64,000 bases of DNA from a bacterium (GTDB taxonomy: Bacteria; Vulcanimicrobiota; Xenobia; Xenobiales; JADMJV01), in assembly GCA_018780265.1 (NCBI GenBank), contig JADMJV010000021.1:1-64000 (forward strand). Direction: 5' to 3'. Positions 54,745 through 63,090 of this stretch are shown piece after piece; within the stretch, counting starts at the first letter, position 1; the number at the start of each line of letters is the position of its first letter. Under the pieces are notes generated by a model. The model was not told the DNA's origin. It did no database searches and worked only from the letters and a program-made list of their open reading frames with translations. A program made the position numbers and the translations under genes.

Positions 54745-55263
54745 TCAGTGACCCTCCAGGGTTTCGTCCAGGGCCAGTTCAGAGCAGGCCAGGTAGTCAT
54801 CGCTCAGATGACCCAAAGGCAACGACTCATCCAACGGCTCCTCCTGGGCCAGCGCATCGACACTGGGGATCACCTCAAAGTCGACGTCCCATTCTGGCAC
54901 CGGAGCAGCCGCCACCACAGCCGGCGCGGGTGTGGTGGCTGGAGGGGTGGAAAACAGATTGACGACCAGGACCAGCCCTGCTGCCACGGCCACTCCCCCG
55001 ATCCAACGCCGCCACACCGACCACAAAGTGCGCGAGGGAGCCGGCTCCAAACGAATCTTTTCCCACACTTTGGCTCGAAAGAGTGGACCGGGCTCCATCT
55101 CAGGCAGTTGCCCGAGCAGCTCCCAGCTTGCCTGCAACTCTTTCCACTCCACAGCACATCCAGCGCATTGGCCCAGATGTTCCTCCAGGCTCAGCAGGCG
55201 GGGCTCTTCGAGCACACCGTCGAGTCGCTCACTCATCCATTCTTGGGCTTGCTGACACTTCAC
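54745..55263 (-). CDS. Anti-sigma factor (zf-HC2, single TM).
   Basis: 'HLGQCAGCAVEW' (H-x3-C-x2-C) and TM 'IGGVAVAAGLVLVVNLF'. 4-nt overlap with the sigma gene. Confidence 0.6.
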   Translation of the reverse strand: MKCQQAQEWMSERLDGVLEEPRLLSLEEHLGQCAGCAVEWKELQASWELLGQLPEMEPGPLFRAKVWEKIRLEPAPSRTLWSVWRRWIGGVAVAAGLVLVVNLFSTPPATTPAPAVVAAAPVPEWDVDFEVIPSVDALAQEEPLDESLPLGHLSDDYLACSELALDETLEGH

Positions 55264-55928
55264 AGGTCAACTCCTTCCGCCAACAGGGGCTCAAGCCTCT
55301 TCTTCAAGGCCAGGCGAGCCCGATGCAGTTTGGCTTTCACGGCCGACACGGTTTGGCGCGTCAGTTGGGCCAACTCGTCGTAGCCCAGGTTTTGAAATCG
55401 TTGCAAGATCAGTAGTTCTCTCTGTTCATCCGAGAGGGTCGAAATGGCCGCCTGCACCTGGGCGGCCGTTTCCTGGCTCTGCAGCATGGCCTCGGCACCA
55501 ACCTCTGGATCGGGCACGTCCCATGTCGCTTCGGGATCGTTGGGTCGACTGTCCAGACTCTGGGTGCGACGTCGCTGATTCTTCTCGCGCGCGTTGCGGC
55601 ACAAATTCAGGGTGATTTGGTAAAGGTAGGTGAAGAATTTGGCGCGAGGCTCATAGCGCGGGGCAGCCCGATAGACGCGCAAAAAGACTTCCTGGGCCAG
55701 ATCCTCGGCATTTTCAGCATCGCCCGTAAAGCGAAAGACAAGGTTAACCACCGTTCGCTGGTACTTGTCCATCAGACGGTTGAAGGCCTCCGCGTCGCCG
55801 GCTTTCACCCGCAGCATGAGGTCAACGTCCTCGTCCACGTGAGATCCCTCCAGCCGTAAGGCGGCCGGAGCCGCATTCTGTGCCTGTTTCAACCTATGCC
55901 CGAAAGGGTGGGTAAGGACCCAATTCAT
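55260..55928 (-). CDS. ECF (sigma-70 family, group 4) RNA polymerase sigma factor.
   Basis: Region 2 'LAQEVFLRVYRAAPRYEP...FFTYLYQITLNLCRN' and region 4 'LSDEQRELLILQRFQNLGYDELAQLTRQTVSAVKAKLHRAR'. Confidence 0.85.
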   Translation of the reverse strand: MNWVLTHPFGHRLKQAQNAAPAALRLEGSHVDEDVDLMLRVKAGDAEAFNRLMDKYQRTVVNLVFRFTGDAENAEDLAQEVFLRVYRAAPRYEPRAKFFTYLYQITLNLCRNAREKNQRRRTQSLDSRPNDPEATWDVPDPEVGAEAMLQSQETAAQVQAAISTLSDEQRELLILQRFQNLGYDELAQLTRQTVSAVKAKLHRARLALKKRLEPLLAEGVDL

Positions 55929-56162
55929 AAGGCTGCCTCCAACTCTTTAGGGTTCAACCCTCAGGCCGGACCAAAGTTGCGGCTATGCCAAAGTTTTTAG
56001 TTCGTGTAGATTCCGCTCAGCGTGTCAGTGACAGTCAACCCATAGGTGAAAGCCGTAGCCTGAGACGCTTGCGAGCCACTGGGATTGGTTTCCATCGCAA
56101 TGTACCTCCGTTCCCACTACTTATATGCGCGGGCTACCGAGGGGATATGAACATGATGTTGC

Positions 56163-56441
56163 TTAGCCGGGAAACATGATCTCGTCGACTTCTTCGTGAG
56201 GCGCCGGTACCACGTGAACGGCAAAAATGGTACCGACCTTGCGGGCCGCTTCCGCGGCCGCGTCGACGGCCGCCTGCACGGCGCCCACGTCTCCGCGCAC
56301 GTGAATGGACACCAGCCCTCCATCCACCGAGGCGTACTTGACAATCTTGACGTTGGCCGTCTTGACGGCCGCATCGGCGGCTTCTACGGCTCCGATAAAG
56401 CCCATCGTTTCAATCATACCTAATGCTTGCCTGGAACCCAT
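56163..56441 (-). CDS. Bacterial microcompartment shell protein, BMC-H (PduA/EutM/CcmK-type).
   Basis: 'ALGMIETMGFIGAVEAADAAVKTANVKIVKYASVDGGLVSIHVRGDVGAVQAAVDAAAEAARKVGTIFAVHVVPAPHEEVDEI' is a canonical BMC domain. AGGAGGT Shine-Dalgarno before the ATG at 56441. Confidence 0.8.
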   Translation of the reverse strand: MGSRQALGMIETMGFIGAVEAADAAVKTANVKIVKYASVDGGLVSIHVRGDVGAVQAAVDAAAEAARKVGTIFAVHVVPAPHEEVDEIMFPG

Positions 56442-56442
56442 C

Positions 56443-56494
56443 GGAACCTCCTGAGACTGAATCCCTGTGCGTTCCCCTTCAGGATTCAGGTTCC
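56443..56494. promoter_or_regulatory. Imperfect inverted repeat (GGAACC/GGTTCC flanking CTGAATCC/GGATTCAG) in the divergent BMC-H / decarboxylase intergenic region. It overlaps the BMC-H ribosome-binding site.
   Basis: Arms at 56443-48/56489-94 and 56457-64/56482-89. On the BMC-H mRNA this would place the AGGAGG Shine-Dalgarno partly in a stem. Confidence 0.4.
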
Positions 56495-56537
56495 TTCCCA
56501 ACAGGAGCCGATCCCATGCAGCCGAGAACCCTCCGCC

Positions 56538-57869
56538 ATGTTTACCTCGCAATCGGGTTTGGAGCTGCTCCAAGAAGCTCTACAGCATCTAGATCAGGGA
56601 TTTGCCCACCTACCCGAGGCCCAGGTAGCGCTGGAGCAAGAGCGACTTCGTCCCATTTTGCTCGAGGTCGCTCAGCGCATGCGCGACAACTATCCCTACG
56701 CACACCCGCTCTACGCGGGTCAGATGCTCAAGCCGCCCCACCCCATAGCGCGCCTGGCTTACGCCCTGGCCCAGTTTGTCAATCCCAACAACCACGCCCT
56801 GGACGGCGGGCGGGCCAGTTCTGAACTGGAAAAAGAAGCGGTGGCCGAGATCGCTCAAATGTTGGGCTGGTCGACTCACCTGGGTCACCTCACCAGCGGT
56901 GGCACTTTTGCCAATCTGGAAGGTCTCTGGATTGCCGGTCGCCTTCACCCGGGGCGGCGCATTTTAGCCTCGGAACAGGCTCATTACACCCATCAGCGCA
57001 TCTGCTCGGTCTTGCAGATCCCTTTTACGGCGGTGGCCAGCGACGAGCAGGCCCGCATGGATGTGGCCGCCCTGCGCCACCACCTGGAGCAAGGAGATGT
57101 GGGCACGGTGGTGGTCACCTTGGGCACTTCCTCGGTGGGGGCGGTCGACCCGCTCGAGCAGATACTGCCCCTGGCCCGGCAGCACGGCGCCCGAGTCCAC
57201 GTGGATGCGGCCTATGGCGGCTATTTTCGGTTGGCCACTCAGCTCCATCCAACCGCAGCGGCGGCTTTCGCGGCCGTGCCCGGGGTCGACTCCCTGGCCA
57301 TCGACCCCCACAAACACGGACTTCAGCCCTATGGGTGTGGCTGTATTCTCTTCCGTGACCCGGCCGTGGGCCACTTCTACAGGCACGATTCGCCCTACAC
57401 CTATTTCAGTTCCGACCAGTTGCACCTGGGCGAAATCAGCCTGGAATGCTCGCGAGCCGGGGCCAGCGCGGTGGCTCTGTGGGCCACTCAGCGAATGATG
57501 CCCCTGGTGGTGGGCGGAGAACTGGGGAGCCGCCTCGACCTGGGCCTGGCCGCCGCTCAGGACCTCTATGCCTGGCTCCGGCAAAGGCCCCAACATTGGC
57601 AGACCCTCTACGCGCCGTCTCTGGACATCGTCGTCTGGGCACCGCAGGGAACCAGCGCCAGCCAGGTTTCAGACCACTCCCAGCAGATTTTCGAGCGGGC
57701 CGCTCAGCTCGACCTTCATCTGGCCCTCACTCAGGTCAGCGACCGCCGCGTCTGGCCCCAGCTCAACTGGGATCAGCCACGCCTCACCTGCCTGCGCAGT
57801 TGCCTGATGAAGCCCGAACACCAACAGTGGCTGCCGGAAATCTGCCGTCGCCTCGAGTCAGCCCTCTAA
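56538..57869 (+). CDS. PLP-dependent amino-acid decarboxylase (group II; GAD/tyrosine-decarboxylase-like).
   Basis: 'LTSGGTFANLEGLWIA', 'SLAIDPHKHGLQPYGCGCILFRD' (PLP-binding Lys). ATG at 56538. Confidence 0.7.
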   Translation: MFTSQSGLELLQEALQHLDQGFAHLPEAQVALEQERLRPILLEVAQRMRDNYPYAHPLYAGQMLKPPHPIARLAYALAQFVNPNNHALDGGRASSELEKEAVAEIAQMLGWSTHLGHLTSGGTFANLEGLWIAGRLHPGRRILASEQAHYTHQRICSVLQIPFTAVASDEQARMDVAALRHHLEQGDVGTVVVTLGTSSVGAVDPLEQILPLARQHGARVHVDAAYGGYFRLATQLHPTAAAAFAAVPGVDSLAIDPHKHGLQPYGCGCILFRDPAVGHFYRHDSPYTYFSSDQLHLGEISLECSRAGASAVALWATQRMMPLVVGGELGSRLDLGLAAAQDLYAWLRQRPQHWQTLYAPSLDIVVWAPQGTSASQVSDHSQQIFERAAQLDLHLALTQVSDRRVWPQLNWDQPRLTCLRSCLMKPEHQQWLPEICRRLESAL

Positions 57870-58144
57870 TCAAGGGCGGGCATCTCCCCGACCACCAAAC
57901 CCCCGGCCATGGCCGGCTAACCAGGAGATGTGTCCGCCTTGAGAAGCATAACTCTATCTAGGCAAGACCCACTTTGCTCAAGTGTGAGCAATATCTCGCC
58001 CACTCTCCTCAAGATCTGTCGCGTGCGTGTATCGGCGGGGGCGGCAATGGGCCAGCCCAGTGTCGGGGCTGTCGCTGTTTGAGGTGTTGCACCCAACTGC
58101 TGTTGGGAGGCCAAATTCCTACCCCCGAAAAATCCGCGAGAGAG

Positions 58145-58759
58145 CTACCGCAGCCGGCAGCCAGAAGGCCTGCGGCCCAACCCAAAAATTGACGTCGCCT
58201 CGTTCAGGTTCGTGTTTGACTTCAAATATTTGTCCTCGATACCCTCTGGAGCTAGTTGGGCTTGAATGTGTCGTGACATGGCCCTGGGTATTACAAAGTA
58301 GGCCTTGTTCCGGCCGGGAATGGTGGTTTCCAGGGCGCACCGGTCGGGACTGAAAAGGATAACGTCGGTTCGAATTTCGTGATGAATCAGAATGGCGTAG
58401 ACGGGGCGAAACAAACTGGGGGGAAAGGTGCCTTCCCGGCAATGTTCCCAAAATGCCAGTTGCAGACTGTTGAGCAGAGGTCCCTGGTTCACCTGGGGCG
58501 CGAATACGGGCCCCATCGAGGGCCAGCCCATTCGCTGAGGACGTTCCTCGGAGCCTGGACCCTGGCCAAGAACTTCCACGCTGATGGCTTTGGGGTGTTC
58601 GAGCAGGGCTTGAGCCGCCTGGCGAGCTTTGAGGTCACCCATCGCCTGCAAGTCGAAGCGCCACAAATAGCCGGCAATGGAAGCCGCCAACATCAGGGTC
58701 AGAGCCAGAACGCATCCGCTGCGGGCCGGTCCTCGCAATCTTCCATCAGTCAGACTCAT
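58145..58759 (-). CDS. Membrane-anchored hypothetical protein.
   Basis: N-terminal TM 'CVLALTLMLAASIAGYLW'. No motif recognised. Confidence 0.3.
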   Translation of the reverse strand: MSLTDGRLRGPARSGCVLALTLMLAASIAGYLWRFDLQAMGDLKARQAAQALLEHPKAISVEVLGQGPGSEERPQRMGWPSMGPVFAPQVNQGPLLNSLQLAFWEHCREGTFPPSLFRPVYAILIHHEIRTDVILFSPDRCALETTIPGRNKAYFVIPRAMSRHIQAQLAPEGIEDKYLKSNTNLNEATSIFGLGRRPSGCRLR

Positions 58760-59281
58760 AGCGAAGTTTCCAGGTATTGAAGACCACTACCAGTCCGCCC
58801 ATGAGCCCGACAAGGTAGGACGCAAGGTGAGCGAAAGCGTCAAAGAAAAAGCCGTCCCAGATTTCTGGGGGAATGCGATCGGTTTTCTGAGTCACGTGCA
58901 AAAATCCGAGGTGCGACAGAGTCATACCCAGCAAACCTGCGATGAGGGCGCAGAGGCCCACGATTTTGAGCAGTGCCCCAACCTGGGCAGTATCTGGCGG
59001 GCGGTCCGCCCGGAACGACTCCCCACTCGTGCCGCCAGCGCCAGCAGCACCCCCGAAATCAACCCCACCCACCAGTTGGCCAGCACTCCCCATATTAGAG
59101 CCATTACCACCGGTTCTTTGCTCGGGAACACCCATGGGTGGGCGACGGTAAAATATTGGACGCACATATGGGCGGTGACCAGGTCGTGGACGATTCCGTA
59201 AAAGGTGGAGCACAGTATGCACATCACTACAATACGAATGCCTTCCATCTTGGTAGGGTTCGGGCCCAGGTCCCGTCTCAC
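58746..59281 (-). pseudogene. Membrane protein split across two overlapping frames (apparent frameshift near 59000-59040).
   Basis: The 58922..59281 frame encodes TM-like 'MEGIRIVVMCILCSTFYGIVHDLVTAHMCVQYFTVAHPWVF...LANWWVGLISGVLLALAAR' and then degenerates. The 58746..59222 frame takes over with TM-like 'LLKIVGLCALIAGLLGMTLSHLGFL...LVGLMGGLVVVF'. Confidence 0.3.
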
Positions 59282-59763
59282 CTATTGCAGGGGAAACCAG
59301 GGGACCAGGGTATCTCCACTCCCACGCAACCTACCATCACCACCAGCTTGCGGCGCCCCCAAGAAATTCCGTGTATGATCATCTGTTCCGGCACCAGTCG
59401 GCTGGTTGTCATCGGCGGGGACTCTCGGGCGAAAGCATCATTCATACCACCAACACCGCAACCGGCCAGAAAATCACCCTGTCGATCCCCGAACAGGCCG
59501 AGATGTGGAAGCACCCGTGGGGGTTCGCTTCGATCTCAATCCCCAGGTGAGCGAGCAGGTGCGCAGCTGCGCAGACGAGCATGAAATCAGCATGGACGGA
59601 AAAACCATCCGCTATCACATTGTGCCGCGCGGCAATCTCTTCGACTACTGTCAAATCGCCCCGCAGCTCATGACTCCCGAGCTGTGCGCCTGCTCATGCA
59701 CGGCGCCGCTCCGGTTCCGCCCGGCCATAGCTTTATGATCGAGGTGCCCGAGGACGAGAAGAG

Positions 59764-60453
59764 GTGAGCGAAGGGGTCAACGTCAGCCGCAGTCAGAGCC
59801 TCGCTGATGGACCCCAGAGTCACCCTGTTCCTGGATATTTTTTGGCCGGTGCCCTCTCCTTTGGCGGCCTGGCGGCGGTTCTATCCTCGTTGCATAACAA
59901 TGTCGTCAGCCACCACCATCTGACCAGCGAGCAGGTGTTTAACCGCACCTACTCTCTGGCCGTGGCTGCACCAGGACCCAACGCCATTTTCCTCAGTCTG
60001 CTGGGATATCAACTGGCCGGCCCGTGGGGGGCGCTGCTGGCTTCGGTGGCCCGGGCGATTCCCACCATTACTTTGCTCTACTTCATCGGCGCCACCGGTT
60101 CTTCGCAGGCCCCGGACTGGCTCAAGAAAACTCGCCAGGCTCTGGTGCCGGTGATCGCCGGACTGCTGGTGGCGGGCGCTCTGGCAACCTCCAAAAGCTT
60201 CCTCTGGCCCACCCGCCAGTGGGCTCTAACCCTGACCGCTCTTGCCGTGTTGCTGCTTCGTCCCAAGTGGAACCCCATCTGGACGGTGGCCGCCTGCTCT
60301 GCGGCCCTTGCCCTAACCCCCGGCCCGCTTCACTTTGATCCCCCGGCCGGCCAGCAACGCTTCGATGCGCTCGCGATGGTCGCCTTGAATTTCCAGCGTT
60401 CCGTCTTTCACGCAACCGCCCGTGCCACACAGTTGCTGCAGCTCTTTCAATAG
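59764..60453 (+). CDS. Chromate-transporter family (short ChrA-like) membrane protein. The 3' end is uncertain.
   Basis: GTG start. 'FLAGALSFGGLAAVLSSL' is ChrA-like. The last ~45 codons overlap yciH convergently and look non-protein-like. Confidence 0.45.
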   Translation: MSEGVNVSRSQSLADGPQSHPVPGYFLAGALSFGGLAAVLSSLHNNVVSHHHLTSEQVFNRTYSLAVAAPGPNAIFLSLLGYQLAGPWGALLASVARAIPTITLLYFIGATGSSQAPDWLKKTRQALVPVIAGLLVAGALATSKSFLWPTRQWALTLTALAVLLLRPKWNPIWTVAACSAALALTPGPLHFDPPAGQQRFDALAMVALNFQRSVFHATARATQLLQLFQ

Positions 60454-60639
60454 CTCCTTTTGTTGGGCCGGCGCCATAGCCAGTTCAAAAAGCACCACGG
60501 TGGCCTTGCCCCGGCGTTTTTCCAGCCTCATTTTGACCACCTTCGGAGGGGGTCCGCTGACCTGGGACCGGGCACAGCGGCAGGGCAAATGCTTACAGCG
60601 CGAGCACCAGGCGGGGTCGGTCGAGTAGGACAGTTCCAT
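60313..60639 (-). CDS. yciH: Translation initiation factor SUI1/eIF1-family protein YciH.
   Basis: 'RRGKATVVLFEL...LKELQQLCGTGGCVKDGTLEIQGDHRERIEALLAGRGIKVKRAGG' closely matches E. coli YciH. Cys-rich N-terminus. Confidence 0.8.
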   Translation of the reverse strand: MELSYSTDPAWCSRCKHLPCRCARSQVSGPPPKVVKMRLEKRRGKATVVLFELAMAPAQQKELLKELQQLCGTGGCVKDGTLEIQGDHRERIEALLAGRGIKVKRAGG

Positions 60640-60651
60640 CGTGGGTCAGTT

Positions 60652-63090
60652 CTAGGGCTGGCCCTGAACTACCCTCTCGCAAGCACGCAGTTCACCGCTC
60701 AACCAGCCAAAGCAGCCAATCCCCAGTTCGGGCTGCTGGGCAATCGACTTGTGAAGCACTTCCTGGCGCACGCTCAGCAAGCGCAGCGGGCCCTGACTGC
60801 TTAAATCGGAGCGTGCCGGCAGGTTACCGATCAGTTCCACTCCACCATAAAAGTGATGCAAACCCTGGCTCAGGCAGCCCTGCAATAGCACAAAGCCGCG
60901 CCGCAAAGTTTGGCCCCGGCTCCAGAGCAGGGTAGGGGAGGCAAAGCGCTCTTCCAGCAGGCTGGCCCGCAAAGGCTCCAGGCGATCCAACTCCAGGGCC
61001 GAGAAAGGGGCACAGGCGCGCAGGGCGAGTAAGTGTTCCATTTTGCGCAGGGCCACCGGGGAGGCCGACGAGTGAACCATCAGGGCGGCCCAGCGCACCC
61101 ATGGGTCGGCCGAATGCAGGGCCCACTTGAGCACTTCGTCGAGGCCGGCGGGCAGGTGCAAGCTCTCCTGGAGCAGGCGTTGGCGGTCTTCGGGGGAGTT
61201 GGGCTCAAGCAAAGTCACAAATTGTTGGGCCACACTGCGGTCGCCCAGATTGGAGAGCACTTCCAGGGCGTTGGCGCTGCGGCCTCCGTGAGCGGCCACG
61301 GCCAGACGCACCGTGTCGACCAACTCTTCCCCTTCTAACCAGCGCAGGGCCACAAAAGCCAGTCGCTGGTGGCGGGTGGCTTCCTGATGCAGAGCCTCGG
61401 CCAGAAAACGTCGCGGAAGGTGGCTGTTGTCGGCGAATTTTTGAGCGGCCAACCAGGCCAGTCCAGCCCTCTTCACGCGGGCGCCAAACTCTGCTTGCAA
61501 CAGCGACTTTCCCCATGGGGTGGAACTGGTTCCCAAAGCCTCCAGGGCAGCCTCTACGGTGCTGGCCTGGTCGGAATAAAGATAACCCTGAGCGGCTCTC
61601 ACTCCGGCCTGGCCGGCTTTTCCCAGGCGGCGGGCCGCCCCCAGTCGCAAGGCGCGCTGGCCCGAGCCCAGCGCCTCTCCCAGGATATGCAGGGCCAGGG
61701 GATCGGGATGCTGAGCCAGTTGGTTGAGCGCCTCCAGACTGTGTTCTGGGTCATTCAAAGCGGCCTGCAACCGGCTTAAGGGCCAGCCGCTCTGCTGCGG
61801 CAGATGGGTCAGGTCTTGGGCCAGATTGTCCCGCTGCAGCCTTAGTCCCTCGCCCTGCAGTTCTCCCACCAAGGTGGCCAGATAGTTTTTCCCGGCCCAC
61901 AACGCTCCGGCTACATAGATGCAGGCCAAACCCACCCCAATCGTGCAGATTCGCTCAGGCTTGAGCCAGCTTTGCAACAGCAGCAGCAAGATGGCCACAC
62001 TGGCCTGAGCGCCGGCCAGGACCATACCGTCCAGAAATGCCCGCACATAGCCGCGCACCCTGACGGGTATGGCGTTGTAGAGCAGGTTGCGCACCGGCGT
62101 GGCCAGACAGTCCTGAAAAGTGCGCCGACAAACCCACAGCACTACCGCCGGCACCAGTGTGAAACGACTGGTGAGCAGCAACAACCCCCCCAACATGAGG
62201 AGGGGGTGGAGCCAGTTGGCCCGAGCCACGCCCATCACCGCCACCAGACGGGGCGTGATCAGAGTTCCTACGAAGAGCTCGGCCAGGTTGGTGGATGCCA
62301 CCAGAAATCCCAAAAAGGTGGCCAGATCCTGACTGCGCGGAAAGTTGCGCGCGAACACCTGGGAGAAGAGATACTGGCTGGTTCCCTGGCACAGCACCAT
62401 GCCCACCAACAGCAGGGTTAAGGCCCGGGCCATGGCGCTGCCACGGATGTAGCGCAGCACCGCTCCATTTCTTTGTTGACTTCGCCGCACCGGCCCACCT
62501 GCCGGTCGCCAACTGGCCAGCGGAGCGCGGTGCAGACGCAGCCACAGCAAAGCCAACAGGTTGGCGCCACCCCACACCAGCAGCCAGCCGCTGGGGTCGA
62601 TAAAGCGCGCCCCCACAGCCACCGACAGGCCACCCAACAACTCTCCGCAAGTGGCCCCCACCGACAGCAGCGGAAAGAGTCGCTTGCTGGAATAAGTATC
62701 GATACACTCGCCGGCCAGCCCGAACACCTCCGTGCCCAGCACGCAAAAACTGGCTCCATAGAAGGCAAAAAGAGGCAGGCTCAGCCACTCGATGCCTCCC
62801 TGCAGTCCCGCGAAGGCTGCCAGCAGCGTCAGGCTGGTGGCCATCAACGTTCCGGCCAGCAGTCGGTAGTTGCAAGAAACACTCAACAAGGCCGCATAGC
62901 TCAGCGAACCCAGCAAGGTAAAAGAGGAGGTCAACAACAGGGCCAGGGGCAGGTAGCGCACTCCTAATTTGGACAACAACAAGGTTTCGGTGACGGCCAG
63001 GGCGATGGCCAGGCCCGTCCAGATCAGCACGATCTCCACCACGAAAAATCGCAATTTGGGGATTTCGTGCTTACGAACGCTGGCTAGCAC
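60652..63090 (-). CDS. MFS/TLC-like (ATP/ADP-translocase-like) polytopic transporter domain fused to HEAT-like repeats and a C-terminal cyclic-nucleotide-binding-like domain.
   Basis: About 430 aa of 11-12 TM helices, then Ala/Leu-rich HEAT-like repeats ('LGSGQRALRLGAARRLGKAGQ'), then 'FVLLQGCLSQ...GGVELIGNLP...LSVRQEVL' cNMP-binding-like. Confidence 0.45.
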   Translation of the reverse strand: MLASVRKHEIPKLRFFVVEIVLIWTGLAIALAVTETLLLSKLGVRYLPLALLLTSSFTLLGSLSYAALLSVSCNYRLLAGTLMATSLTLLAAFAGLQGGIEWLSLPLFAFYGASFCVLGTEVFGLAGECIDTYSSKRLFPLLSVGATCGELLGGLSVAVGARFIDPSGWLLVWGGANLLALLWLRLHRAPLASWRPAGGPVRRSQQRNGAVLRYIRGSAMARALTLLLVGMVLCQGTSQYLFSQVFARNFPRSQDLATFLGFLVASTNLAELFVGTLITPRLVAVMGVARANWLHPLLMLGGLLLLTSRFTLVPAVVLWVCRRTFQDCLATPVRNLLYNAIPVRVRGYVRAFLDGMVLAGAQASVAILLLLLQSWLKPERICTIGVGLACIYVAGALWAGKNYLATLVGELQGEGLRLQRDNLAQDLTHLPQQSGWPLSRLQAALNDPEHSLEALNQLAQHPDPLALHILGEALGSGQRALRLGAARRLGKAGQAGVRAAQGYLYSDQASTVEAALEALGTSSTPWGKSLLQAEFGARVKRAGLAWLAAQKFADNSHLPRRFLAEALHQEATRHQRLAFVALRWLEGEELVDTVRLAVAAHGGRSANALEVLSNLGDRSVAQQFVTLLEPNSPEDRQRLLQESLHLPAGLDEVLKWALHSADPWVRWAALMVHSSASPVALRKMEHLLALRACAPFSALELDRLEPLRASLLEERFASPTLLWSRGQTLRRGFVLLQGCLSQGLHHFYGGVELIGNLPARSDLSSQGPLRLLSVRQEVLHKSIAQQPELGIGCFGWLSGELRACERVVQGQP

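Noticed and set aside
57884-57897. CCGGCCATGGCCGG 14-bp perfect palindrome after the decarboxylase stop.
   Set aside because: There is no loop or U-tract, so it is not a terminator. It could be a protein-binding site, but there is no supporting context.
58362-58378. 'GGTTCGAATTT' resembling a tRNA T-loop (GGTTCGAATCC).
   Set aside because: It lies inside an ORF, lacks the CC of the consensus, and I could not recognise a flanking acceptor/anticodon stem structure. No tRNA was confidently found anywhere in the window.
59406-59763. 110-aa ORF and a 10-codon mini-ORF (MIEVPEDEKR) immediately upstream of the ChrA-like GTG start.
   Set aside because: There is no ribosome-binding site or motif, and the ORF product has mixed composition. 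It is likely non-coding leader or a gene remnant.
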